From IMG/VR virus record IMGVR_UViG_3300043673_000021, positions 1 through 64,000 of that record: DNA of 64,000 bases. One strand, given 5' to 3'. This DNA comes from a virus. Positions 18,469 through 28,126 of this stretch are shown one piece after another. Under the pieces are notes generated by a model that made no database searches, was not told where the DNA came from, and saw only the letters and a list, made by a program, of their open reading frames with translations. Numbering within the stretch: the first letter of the stretch is position 1; each line of letters starts with the position of its first letter. A program made the translations under genes and the position numbers.

Positions 18469-21400
18469 CTAAAACCTTGTGTGTTGATCCCGGGCGAATC
18501 GCCGCAGGCTGGCGTAGGACTCGCGGCCAATATCGCTCGCCGAAGCGCCGCTCTTCACGTTGTTGGTGACTCCGCCGTAGTTGTGGGTAACATTACTGGG
18601 GCGGTGCTGCCCTGGATTTGCGCCACCGCTGGCGATCATTTGTTGAATTCCAAGACTGATCGGGCGCGGAAGTATCATTTCTTCCGGATGAGCAAGCACC
18701 AACGAATTCGCGTTTGGCAGGATAGCGCCACGCTCTGCCGATAGAGCCGCGAACCCCATGCCCTCCGCGTAATAAACAGCGGCCATCGCTGGAGCAACGG
18801 GAGGGTCGATTGCGCTGTAGAAAGCAAATGCTCCGGCGGCAGCCAGCCCGGCATCTGAAGTTGCCATCACGACATTCGCGGCAGTGTGGACCGCTGTTGC
18901 CGCGGTCGTCGCAGCCGTGGTATCGGTGACTTGCTGAGTATGGAAGATCTTAGACACAAGCCCCATCAGAATGTGCTCTTCTACCCACTTCTCGCCCATG
19001 CCAATGACGTAGTTAATTGCCTGCTGCGCAAGGTTCTGGTACATCTGGACCATGCCAGCCCCGAAGGACTTACCATGGAGCAACATGTCGCCGAAGCTCT
19101 TTTCAAAACCTTGGCTGATGGTGGAAAACGCCTGCTGCCAAGGTTGAACGATGGCCTTGCTGAGGGCGTTCTGGTCAGTCTTCAACTTGAGGTCGTTCGC
19201 CTGAATGACGGCGGTCAGTTTGTTCGACTCCGCCATCGCCTTCTCGTAATCCTGAGCGTCGCCGGTCAGTGAAGCCTTGTCGGCAGCGGTATTGAACTTC
19301 TCAGTCTGCTCCTGCTGCTGGACCTTTCCCTTTTGCTGGTCGAAGCCTATTTGCTGGCGAGCATCCCCGACGCGCTCTTGCGGGGTGGTCGGGAATAGCC
19401 GAGTTTCCTGCTGCCCCTTGGCCCCGAGTTCCTGTAAGTTGATCGCGTGAATGGATGCGGCGGCATCGGCTGCTGACTTCAGGTTGGCGAGTTCGACATT
19501 GACCTTGCGCAGTTGATCGGCGAGATCCTTGCCCGCCTTCTCCCATTCCTTGAACGCATAAGCTTCGGCCTTAGAGCCAGAGTCCGCACTCAGCGCCGCT
19601 TGCGCCCAGAATTCCTTCTGCTCCGCGAGCGAGATCTTGCCGTTATCGTTAATCGCCTCAAACTGGCGTTGGAGAGCCGTTTTGGTGGCTTCTTCAGCCT
19701 CTGCCCACGCCTCACGAGTGACGGCTGGAATCTTCTTCATCACCTCTTCGTAGGCGATACCGGCGGCGAGAGATCCACCGACCACGTCATTCGCTAGCTT
19801 GTCGGCCTGCCCCGTGAGGAAAGACAGTTCACCGCGCTTTCCGCCCGAAGTTTGCGCATCCTCGCTTCCGGCGTTGATGGCCTCCATGATGCGCTTGGCA
19901 CCATCGCGCGCCTCTTTTTCGCGGAGGCTGTATTCCTGGCGGTCGAGAGCCTGATATTCGTGACCAAGGGTGCGCTTGATCTCGCGGACTCGATCGGCGT
20001 AATCCGCCTCGACCTTGAGCCTACCCTCCCAGAAAGATATCTCTTCCTGAATCGTTAGTTGATGGTTGGCCTGTAGGTCGGCGAATGCTTCCTGGTCGGC
20101 CTTACGGAGGACGTCTTCGGCCTTCTTGTTCGCGTTCGGATCTCCAACTTTCGGGAATGGCTTGTCTCCACCTTCTGGTTTCGCTTGCGGCTTTGGTTTC
20201 CAGAGAGCATCGAGAAACTTTTGGTTATCGGCTACATCGGACGCGACCGTTTTCTTGTATTCTGCCCATTCGATCTTCGCGAATGCCATCCCGGCCTTGA
20301 TGTCAGCCGCGGCTTTTCCCCACTTATTGTTAGCCGCATCCTGCATCGCATTTCCGAGACTCTCTACAACGTCTCCCGCTGCCAGCCAGCCCGCGATCAT
20401 GGAATCGGTGACGACCTTGATATCCAGCGCGAATCCGCTCATAACGGATGCGGCGACTTTGAATGCGCCGGTGACATAGGGCAGCACATCCACACCGACT
20501 GTGGTAAATGCCGCCCCAAGCTCGTGCTCGACGCGCGTCAACTCTCGCGCAGGGTCGATGCCAGCCGCTTGGGCAGCGGCGAGATCCGTACTGTCGACCA
20601 TCGCCTTCCGAAGGGCGTCCGATCCCTCAGAAAGCGGACCCTCTATGTTTTTGATCCCCATCCCGACCAATCGGGACGCAGTCTCAAGGGCCTCGAACTT
20701 GTCGCTTGTGTTGTGGATGACGTCCGAGATTCTCAGCAGTGCTTCGATCGGATCGGTCATGCCCCCGATTCCGAAACGTCGGATCTCGTCTGCGGCTACT
20801 TTGCTCCCACGCTGCGCCTGCTCCATAGCCCTGCCGAGGCGCAATAAGATCTGGGGAACCTGATCCCCGTTGCCGCCGAGCAGGTTCATCGCATCTTCGA
20901 GTTGCGCTATCTTCTCGGCGGCGATACCGGACGCGTCGGCGAATGCGCCCAGGTCTACCTCTGCTTGCCGGAACTTGTCGAGTTCGTCAAGCCCGCGTCG
21001 CACCAGCGCCAGTAGGGCGTAGATTCGGAATATCGGGATGGAGGCACTCGCGGACGCTGCGCCGAGTTGCTGGATCGGAGGCACCGCGGCGTTAGCGGCA
21101 GCACCCGCGGCGGCGGCCCCGGCCATGATTCCACCCATGGCGGTGGGTACCGTAGCGGCAGCGGCAGCCATTGCCGCGCCCATCTGGGTAGCGGACATTG
21201 CAGCCTGCGCGGTCGATGCCGCCATGTTGCTGGCGTAAGAAGCGCCGATAGCCTGAGCCTGCCCGAGTTGGCCCGTTGCGGCGGCGGCTTGTTTGACCGA
21301 AATGCCGTATGCGGCCAACTGAATTTCAAGCGCCTCGATGGTGGCACGCAGGGATTGCGCCTGCCCGTCCGTCGCGGCATAGACCGAGGAAATCTGCCCG

Positions 21401-21609
21401 AGGTTCGACTGCGCCGCTGCCCGTGTGTCGTCGCCGGCCTTGTCCAAATCCTTATGGGCTTGCTTCAGGCGAGCGAGCGAGGCCGCCGACTCCACGGAGG
21501 TCGAGTTGTAGTTGGAACGCGCCTCCGCGAGTGCGGAAATGAGCGCATCGAGCCCCCCGGGAATCTGGGAGGCATCGATTATCGCGCCGATTCTTATTTC
21601 GTTGGCCAT
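18469..21609 (-). CDS. Tape measure protein
   Basis: 1046 aa, Ala-rich and helical; follows the tail chaperones; C-terminal 'AHPEEMILP' motif. Confidence 0.9.
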   Translation of the reverse strand: MANEIRIGAIIDASQIPGGLDALISALAEARSNYNSTSVESAASLARLKQAHKDLDKAGDDTRAAAQSNLGQISSVYAATDGQAQSLRATIEALEIQLAAYGISVKQAAAATGQLGQAQAIGASYASNMAASTAQAAMSATQMGAAMAAAAATVPTAMGGIMAGAAAAGAAANAAVPPIQQLGAASASASIPIFRIYALLALVRRGLDELDKFRQAEVDLGAFADASGIAAEKIAQLEDAMNLLGGNGDQVPQILLRLGRAMEQAQRGSKVAADEIRRFGIGGMTDPIEALLRISDVIHNTSDKFEALETASRLVGMGIKNIEGPLSEGSDALRKAMVDSTDLAAAQAAGIDPARELTRVEHELGAAFTTVGVDVLPYVTGAFKVAASVMSGFALDIKVVTDSMIAGWLAAGDVVESLGNAMQDAANNKWGKAAADIKAGMAFAKIEWAEYKKTVASDVADNQKFLDALWKPKPQAKPEGGDKPFPKVGDPNANKKAEDVLRKADQEAFADLQANHQLTIQEEISFWEGRLKVEADYADRVREIKRTLGHEYQALDRQEYSLREKEARDGAKRIMEAINAGSEDAQTSGGKRGELSFLTGQADKLANDVVGGSLAAGIAYEEVMKKIPAVTREAWAEAEEATKTALQRQFEAINDNGKISLAEQKEFWAQAALSADSGSKAEAYAFKEWEKAGKDLADQLRKVNVELANLKSAADAAASIHAINLQELGAKGQQETRLFPTTPQERVGDARQQIGFDQQKGKVQQQEQTEKFNTAADKASLTGDAQDYEKAMAESNKLTAVIQANDLKLKTDQNALSKAIVQPWQQAFSTISQGFEKSFGDMLLHGKSFGAGMVQMYQNLAQQAINYVIGMGEKWVEEHILMGLVSKIFHTQQVTDTTAATTAATAVHTAANVVMATSDAGLAAAGAFAFYSAIDPPVAPAMAAVYYAEGMGFAALSAERGAILPNANSLVLAHPEEMILPRPISLGIQQMIASGGANPGQHRPSNVTHNYGGVTNNVKSGASASDIGRESYASLRRFARDQHTRF

Positions 21610-22387
21610 TAGTTCGCTTTACCGTTGGCGATCTGGGATTCTGCGCGGAGTTTTTCCGCCTTTAGGAACATCACGTAGGCGGGCGGTAGTCTGGAGGGGT
21701 CCATCATCGGGATGGGAATCCCGGACTTCATGGATTCATTGGCGATTTGGTTGTCGATCGACTCGCGATTACGACTCCGACGGCGAGGTCTTGGGGTGTC
21801 GTCATATTCGTAGTCGCTATCTTCTCGGGCCTTGAGTATCCCGAGCCCGCATGCAATCGCCCATGCGCCTTCGGCTGCGCTCGTAGATTCAGTGGACCAA
21901 TAAGCGAGAAGCCTCTGGGAGGTTCCAAAGGCGAGGAGATCGACCGAGTGAAGATCGGACGCCCCGCCGCTGACTAAGCGGAAGCGGAGTTGGTTCCAAT
22001 TGATGGGCTCTCCGGTTCCGCTTTCGCTTCCCCCGGCGGAGCCTGGAACAAATCATTCAACTTGAGAACGGCGGTGTGTATCTCGGAAAATCGCTGAGCA
22101 CCGTTTTTGAACGTGAATGAGGCGTCAAGATCCGCCTCATTGTAGGGCTCCGTATCGCTGCCGAGTTGGTTTTCCTTAGTGGGCCAATTGACCGCGTTGT
22201 TAATGCTCCACAGGATGGTCTTCAGCGCAACCTTGCCCAGCTTCTCTTTCAGTTCGATACTGGGAGGTTTCTCGGGGTGTGCTTGGACGGCACCTACCGT
22301 ATCCTCGATGATCTGCCGGGCCTGGACGCGGTTCAATTCGCCAAGGGTCCACTCCTTAGCGCCCGCGTTGAATTTTACGGTATCCAT
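21609..22387 (-). CDS. Tail assembly chaperone GT (programmed -1 frameshift product)
   Basis: Slippery GGGGGAA at 22034-22028; the -1 frame stays open (GSESGTGEPINWNQLRFRL...QIANGKAN) to a TAA at 21611-21609 that overlaps the TMP ATG. Confidence 0.85.
21974..22387 (-). CDS. Tail assembly chaperone G
   Basis: Lies between the tail tube and TMP; ends shortly after 'PPGE'. Confidence 0.85.
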   Translation of the reverse strand: MDTVKFNAGAKEWTLGELNRVQARQIIEDTVGAVQAHPEKPPSIELKEKLGKVALKTILWSINNAVNWPTKENQLGSDTEPYNEADLDASFTFKNGAQRFSEIHTAVLKLNDLFQAPPGEAKAEPESPSIGTNSASA

Positions 22388-22392
22388 GCTGG

Positions 22393-23157
22393 TTAGTTCG
22401 TGAGAACGGCCTGGAATTTCTGGGCGACGATACCAGTGGTCGGATCGGCATAGAAGGCGAAATCGAGTTCCGGCTTCAAGTAGTCATCGCGCTTCATCGC
22501 GTTCTTGATACCAGTGAATCGGCAGGCTGGCAGATAAATTCCGCTGGCAACACCACTAGCCACCTGATAGGACTCGGAGATGTACAGCGATACGACAGGG
22601 CCGTATCCCATGATCTGGTTATGAATGGTAAGCGTCTGGCCAATCACAGTGCCGGGGGTGTACTGGTAATACAGGTTGACGTTGCCAGCCAGCGTGACGT
22701 CTGCCGCATTAAAGGTGTAGACTCCAGTCGATGCTACTACGCTATATTGACCCTGCGCCGGGCTGGCAGAAACTCTCGTAAGGTTGATGCCGCCGAATAC
22801 AACGCCAAGATCAACAAAACCCGTCGTGTGCGCTGCGGTTACCGTCGCCGAGATAGCCTGCGTGTCGCCTCCCGCGAGATTCGGAACGGCCTGAATTCCC
22901 GCGATGAGAGAATCAGCCCAAATCATGTTGTTTTCGGAAAGCAGCTTGGTTGAACCGATCGTGAACTTTCCGGAGCACTTGAGGTTTCCCGGTGCGGTGT
23001 CGACCGGTGCCCGATACTGCCCGTAAAGTTCTTTGACTTCACCGGACATGTCAACGCTGGCATCCTGGATGATCGGAATGATGGTCGGCGTTGGGTTGGT
23101 CGGAAGATTTCCACCAACGGGAACGACAAAACAGTTGCCTATGGCAAATTGTATCAC
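22393..23157 (-). CDS. Major tail (tube) protein
   Basis: 'IQDASVDMSGEVKELYGQY..P' motif; position; GTG start with AAGGAG RBS. Confidence 0.85.
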   Translation of the reverse strand: MIQFAIGNCFVVPVGGNLPTNPTPTIIPIIQDASVDMSGEVKELYGQYRAPVDTAPGNLKCSGKFTIGSTKLLSENNMIWADSLIAGIQAVPNLAGGDTQAISATVTAAHTTGFVDLGVVFGGINLTRVSASPAQGQYSVVASTGVYTFNAADVTLAGNVNLYYQYTPGTVIGQTLTIHNQIMGYGPVVSLYISESYQVASGVASGIYLPACRFTGIKNAMKRDDYLKPELDFAFYADPTTGIVAQKFQAVLTN

Positions 23158-23286
23158 AAATGTATACTCCTTTGAATTTGAGGTGGGCAGTCAAGCGGAT
23201 TTATACCGCTAACTGTTTGAAACTATTAGATCTTAATAACTTTTGGTGTTATATTGAAAGAGATAAAGTGCTTGGAAGCATGTCGC

Positions 23287-23778
23287 CTAGCGCCCGGTGC
23301 GAACGAATATTGGAACGTGGAAGACTACCGATTGGTCGATGATGGCCGCGTTAATTGGGCTCTCGCCGTCGACCCAAACGTCAGTGCATGTGCCGTTCGG
23401 ATAACCCGTGTAAATCAGCGTCTGTGGCCAACCTGGATCTTTTGCGACGCCCAGCGGGGTGAGTTTATAGATGGCGTTGTCAATCCCGTCGAGCACGTCA
23501 TCGATCAGATGCTGGACCGGATTAGCCTCGTCGTACGTGGGCTGGTCACGCATGTATACCGAGAGCTTGTACTTGCGAGTCCGGATCGGAAGATTCGCGT
23601 TCTGCTGCGAACGCGTGTGGCTCTCAGCTGGAATCCACAATACCGCCGCTGGCATGTCAAACCGCTGCGTATCCTGAAAGACTCGCGCGCTGTTGAATGT
23701 GGACTTCCACGCGTAGGCCTGCTTCATCAGCGCGTACAGCGCGTCAAACTCCGCACTACGGGGAATCCCAAGGGCCAT
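23287..23778 (-). CDS. Tail terminator / tail completion protein
   Basis: Position just before the tube gene; start re-assigned to MALGIP. Confidence 0.6.
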   Translation of the reverse strand: MALGIPRSAEFDALYALMKQAYAWKSTFNSARVFQDTQRFDMPAAVLWIPAESHTRSQQNANLPIRTRKYKLSVYMRDQPTYDEANPVQHLIDDVLDGIDNAIYKLTPLGVAKDPGWPQTLIYTGYPNGTCTDVWVDGESPINAAIIDQSVVFHVPIFVRTGR

Positions 23779-23785
23779 TATGTTT

Positions 23786-24379
23786 TTAAGCCGCCATCGC
23801 GTCGGAAACGACCAGATCAACCACATTCTGCACAGCAGCAGGCAGATCGCCTATCCACGCCTGCCACGCTTCGCTCATGAACGGCCGCTCGCTGAAACCC
23901 GGGTGGTCCACGTGTGCGAAGAAAGCTTCCTGCCCGTACGCTCCGGGCCCAAGCTCCTGTGCAGTCGCATGCGAGACGCCGCCTGATGAATGAATCGCCA
24001 CATGCGAGGCCCAGTTGAAATGCAGGGCGCTTGCGTTTCGCGCGACAATCTCGTGTGGCGCAGTGCCGCCGGTTCCGCCAATGCTCGGATCTTCGAAAAA
24101 CCAAGCGTACGGAGCCGCGCTATCGTCGCCGCCTGCTCGAACGTAGCCTTCGATGTAATTGCCAACGACCGTCGCAAGCTCGGTCTGAACGCTGCTCGCC
24201 AGTTGATGAGTCCGCGACCAAAGGACCTCGCCCTCGAGGTTGGCCAGCACCATCTCCTGAAGAATGGCAAGTTGCCGATTCATCTCCTCTGTCAGAGCGC
24301 TAAGGAATTGCGGGAACATACCCGCAATCTTGGCGTTGGCTGAATCAAAGTCTTCTTCAAGGAAACGGAGGTAGAACAT
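23786..24379 (-). CDS. HK97 gp10-like tail completion protein
   Basis: 'LASSV...APYA.F.E...GT..H.I....HPG...RPFM'. Confidence 0.7.
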   Translation of the reverse strand: MFYLRFLEEDFDSANAKIAGMFPQFLSALTEEMNRQLAILQEMVLANLEGEVLWSRTHQLASSVQTELATVVGNYIEGYVRAGGDDSAAPYAWFFEDPSIGGTGGTAPHEIVARNASALHFNWASHVAIHSSGGVSHATAQELGPGAYGQEAFFAHVDHPGFSERPFMSEAWQAWIGDLPAAVQNVVDLVVSDAMAA

Positions 24380-25039
24380 TTAGACTGAAGCGCTGCTGTA
24401 GTTGTAGACAGTCCGCGCGCATTCTGGCGGCAGCTCCCAATCGCGAAACTTGATAGTCGCCGCGCCGCCAAGGGACTTCGAAGCTTGGTCGAGATAGAGA
24501 GTATGCCGACGCCAGTTCTGTGTGACAACAACCGTGGCGCACCATTCAATATCAGGAGGCGTGCCAGTATAGCCGGCGGTGTACTGAACGTTAACATTCA
24601 TCCTCCCGCGCGGGAAGCCGTATGTTCCCATGAATCCAGGGGATCTTCCGAACTGCCCACAACCCGCACTGCGGATGACGATAGATTTCTGGTCCTGGTC
24701 GATAACCCAACCGACCGCAGAAACTCCAGTTGACTGAGGGATCGTCGCAGTTCCAGCGGTGATGATCGATACCGAGACAATAGGCCGATGTTTTAGAAAC
24801 AATTGGTCATTGCCGTTGCCGTTGTACCACTCGTTATAGGTAACTGGCTCGACGAACGGGGACTGTGCTGGCGCTTCACTTCCCAACTGGCCAGTCATTC
24901 GAAGGAATTCCAAACTAAATCCAGTGATGGCTAGCTGGATATTGGCATCGTCGGAAGTGTTGCTGGATGCCAAGCCATTCGCGGATGCGAGCGCCTTGAC
25001 ACTGGCAACCGTGGTTAAATCGAGAGGACTTGCGGGCAT
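24380..25039 (-). CDS. Head-tail connector/adaptor
   Basis: 'LTTVASVK...NVNVQYTAGY..TPPDI' pattern. Confidence 0.75.
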   Translation of the reverse strand: MPASPLDLTTVASVKALASANGLASSNTSDDANIQLAITGFSLEFLRMTGQLGSEAPAQSPFVEPVTYNEWYNGNGNDQLFLKHRPIVSVSIITAGTATIPQSTGVSAVGWVIDQDQKSIVIRSAGCGQFGRSPGFMGTYGFPRGRMNVNVQYTAGYTGTPPDIEWCATVVVTQNWRRHTLYLDQASKSLGGAATIKFRDWELPPECARTVYNYSSASV

Positions 25040-25136
25040 TTTCTGATTGAAGTTGCGGGCCTGCCCCTTCTTGGCAGACCCGCGCTTTGGGTAAGTCCGG
25101 AGGTCCGAACAGGCTCAAAGATTGTTAACGAATTGT

Positions 25137-25376
25137 TTACTTGGTCGGGAACTGCGAGCCGCACTGGCCACAGCGAGTGATTGTCGGATCGCCTAGTCTG
25201 GTCACTGAAAAACTATTGCAGATAGGGCAGCTCGGTGCGGGCTCACCGCCCTCAAGGCGCGCCTTGATTTTGTCAGACGAAACGCCGTGCGGGTTATCGG
25301 TTACCTCTACCGTGACGTCGTGCGTCCCAGGAAAAGCAACCTTAAACGTCGTCTGTGTTCCGCGCCAAAATGAGCG
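25137..25376 (-). CDS. Start-less 79-codon Zn-ribbon ORF in frame with the major capsid gene (candidate readthrough extension)
   Basis: Directly after the capsid TAG: RSFWRGTQTTFKVAFPGTHDVTVEVTD...CPIC...CGQC...K-TAA; no ATG/GTG/TTG before the first CxxC. Confidence 0.55.
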   Translation of the reverse strand, partial: RSFWRGTQTTFKVAFPGTHDVTVEVTDNPHGVSSDKIKARLEGGEPAPSCPICNSFSVTRLGDPTITRCGQCGSQFPTK

Positions 25377-27242
25377 CTAGTTTCCGACGAAAGGACCGAT
25401 ACCAGTAATGACAGCCGAGAGCCACGGGAAATAATGAGCCAGGGTCTCTTGAACGTAGGTTCCCCAAGGGAACGCTCTCTGCGTCATCGGCCATTCGATG
25501 CCGTAGTACTCGCGCTGGATGTCGAGTCCACGACTGAAAGGCGCGCGGGAGGTCGGATAGGGAATTTCCTCGAAATCGGCGTAGATAGTGCCGAGCGGCA
25601 TCATGGGATGAATGCTGATCGGTATCACGGTTCCTCCAGTCGGATTGGCGACAGCGTAGCGGCTCTGATAGTTGGCGACAATAAAGCCGCCGAGCATGTT
25701 TCCCTGTTGGTCGCGATTGACCATAAACTGGAACCCACTGAATGCCCCGCCAGTGCCAGCGCCGCTCCATCGGATCGCCTGATCAAGAGCGTTTGCGGCG
25801 TCTGCTGAGCACCACAGTCTTGTAGGCGACGTCTGGAAGTTCTGGAAGAAATAGAGAAGCATGTTCTCGATTTCGAGAACGCGCCCGTTTTTCTCAGACG
25901 TCAGGGAACCACCGTAGAGGTCAACGTAATAGCCGCTCTTGGCAGCGTAAGTCAGAAGTCCGTCGAAATCCGTGGTGTTGTACGAATTGTCGGTACTCAG
26001 ACCGGCGGAGTTTCCGGCATAGGCCCCTGTTGAGGTTCCGCTAACGTAGCAAAACGGAACGGTCGTAATGCCGGCCAGTGTCGCGGCTGCAAGGCTTCCA
26101 GTATTGCTGGATTCGACATCGACAAACCACGCGTAGCCGTAGCAGTTCTTGATCGGAAGGCTTCCAGCGGGAACTTGAAACTTGATCGTCAGATTTCCGG
26201 AAGTCGCCTGTACGGGCGTGCTGATCGGGCTGATTTTTCCTACGCCGCCATTGACGGTAATGGTCTGCGCGGTGCCAGGCGCATTATATGTGTACGATGG
26301 CACCAATCCGCCGCCGATGGTCGGGGGGATTCCGGTATAGCCGTATTGCGGGTTCGCGGGATTTCCCATCGCAGTCAGGGGGACCACTGCAACCGAAACA
26401 AAGTTGCTCGTCGTCAACGCGGTCGTGTACGGAAGGTCGGCGAAACCGACCGTAGAGAGGTTTCCCGCCACTCCGACAGTGTGCGTCGCAGCGACCGCGC
26501 CCGTGGGTGTCGGGGTGGCGGTTGCTCCGCCAGATCCATTGAACTGAGTACCGAGTTTGCCGGTTCCAATGCCGCCGTTTCCGGTCAGGATCATCGCCTC
26601 TTCGCCGAGAAACACAACATTCAGGCCACGGATATGCTCGTCGCCTAAGTTGTCAGTGAATCCTTCACCAGCCCACTGCGCCGTAAAACTTACGAGGCGC
26701 TCATGGCCGAGTTCGGCATACTTCGCAAAGTAGTCGTTCTCGTCCGGAGTACCGATTTGCGCGCGCTGCCCCTCAATCGCTCCGACATAGGAATAGCCGG
26801 GATTCTTGGTCGTTTTCCACTGTGCCATGACGCCAACGCCAAGATTCACCTTGCCGTTGCGTGACATGCTATTGCGAAGCGGAGTGTTCACCGGATAGGC
26901 GAGCACCGCGGGTCCGCGCAGATCAATGTAGTTGTAGCCCAGCGAACTGGTTACGCCGGCCTTTGCAACAGGGATTTTGGTGTCCTGTTTGAATGGCTCC
27001 GCTGCCAGTTCTCCGGCCATCTTCTTTGCCATCTGGTTTCGCCAGCCGACGCGGTCGAAGAACTTGCTGATTGCGGCTTCGCTCGGGTCAATTGGCGGGC
27101 GGAAATATCCCTTGTTGGCTTCAAGGGCCGTGGCCTCGTTGTTTTCGAGGGATTTCTTGAATGAATTTTTTGTCCAATCCGCCGTCTGTGTCCGGAGGGC
27201 CAGATAGGACGGGTTGGGGAGAAATTTACTTGGGCTGATCAT
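25377..27242 (-). CDS. Major capsid protein with a central beta-rich insertion
   Basis: Position after protease and scaffold; 'YPVNTPLRN', 'EEAMILTGN', 'I.IHPMMP.GTI', 'WP...R...GTY..E.L.HYFP....I' motifs. Confidence 0.8.
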   Translation of the reverse strand: MISPSKFLPNPSYLALRTQTADWTKNSFKKSLENNEATALEANKGYFRPPIDPSEAAISKFFDRVGWRNQMAKKMAGELAAEPFKQDTKIPVAKAGVTSSLGYNYIDLRGPAVLAYPVNTPLRNSMSRNGKVNLGVGVMAQWKTTKNPGYSYVGAIEGQRAQIGTPDENDYFAKYAELGHERLVSFTAQWAGEGFTDNLGDEHIRGLNVVFLGEEAMILTGNGGIGTGKLGTQFNGSGGATATPTPTGAVAATHTVGVAGNLSTVGFADLPYTTALTTSNFVSVAVVPLTAMGNPANPQYGYTGIPPTIGGGLVPSYTYNAPGTAQTITVNGGVGKISPISTPVQATSGNLTIKFQVPAGSLPIKNCYGYAWFVDVESSNTGSLAAATLAGITTVPFCYVSGTSTGAYAGNSAGLSTDNSYNTTDFDGLLTYAAKSGYYVDLYGGSLTSEKNGRVLEIENMLLYFFQNFQTSPTRLWCSADAANALDQAIRWSGAGTGGAFSGFQFMVNRDQQGNMLGGFIVANYQSRYAVANPTGGTVIPISIHPMMPLGTIYADFEEIPYPTSRAPFSRGLDIQREYYGIEWPMTQRAFPWGTYVQETLAHYFPWLSAVITGIGPFVGN

Positions 27243-27351
27243 AAGTGGGCCTTACTCCTTTTCTTTGTTGTTTTTTGCGCTACGGGGAAATTGTGGTACT
27301 GGGTAACCAAGAGAAGGGGCAAGGTTAGCCGCTACGTTAAAACTTGGGTGT

Positions 27352-28095
27352 TTAGAGTCCGAGGTCGTCGCTTGAGCTTGCAGCGACGGGCGTGTTGCCG
27401 TTGCGGTCAATCAGATGGACCGGGACAGCCGTGACTGCTGTCGTTTTAAGCCCGACGCCAAGCAGAGCCTGGAATTCCTCTGCCACAAGCGCATCGTACT
27501 GCTTCTTTGCCGAAGTCTTGGCCGCGGCCTTTAGTGCCTCCGGAATATTACCTTCGGGCGGTTCGGTAGCAGTCGGCGGTGCCACAGTCTTCGTGGCTGG
27601 CTCAGTCGGGGCTGGATCGGACTTCGGAGCCGGGTCGGCTGCCTGCGCCGCCTTGGCCGGATCTGCGGCGGGAGCCGGATCTATTGGCGTGGCCAGGGGA
27701 ACCGCCGTGGTCTTTACTGGATCAGTGGCAACCGGTGTCGGTACAGTAGCAGCCTTCTCCTCTTCGACCGCTGTCGCGTGGTGCTCGGCCATCTTCGTGC
27801 AGTGCTCGCACATCGCGGCATGAGCCTTCGCGGCCTTCTCGTGTTCGGCAGCATGTCCCTTATGGGTCTTAGCCCCCGCCTTAAAGAATGAATGCGCCGC
27901 CTTGTGGACACTATGCGGGTCCTCAGTCACACCCTTGTGCGCCTCCGCCATCTGCTCGTGCTCATCCGCTTGGTCTGCGTGATGCTCGGCCTTCGCGGTG
28001 TGATGCGCGGCCATCTTCTCGTGATGGTCGGCTTGTTTCTTGAAATGGCTCGCCTGTGTGGCTCGGCCAGCCTTAATGACGTCAAATGCTTTCAT
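27352..28095 (-). CDS. Putative scaffold protein with His-rich helical N-terminus and Pro/Ala linker
   Basis: Lies between protease and capsid; low-complexity H/A/E/K then P/A/T segments. Confidence 0.6.
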   Translation of the reverse strand: MKAFDVIKAGRATQASHFKKQADHHEKMAAHHTAKAEHHADQADEHEQMAEAHKGVTEDPHSVHKAAHSFFKAGAKTHKGHAAEHEKAAKAHAAMCEHCTKMAEHHATAVEEEKAATVPTPVATDPVKTTAVPLATPIDPAPAADPAKAAQAADPAPKSDPAPTEPATKTVAPPTATEPPEGNIPEALKAAAKTSAKKQYDALVAEEFQALLGVGLKTTAVTAVPVHLIDRNGNTPVAASSSDDLGL

Positions 28096-28126
28096 GTCTG
28101 GTTTCCTTTCCGTTTATATTTGCCGA

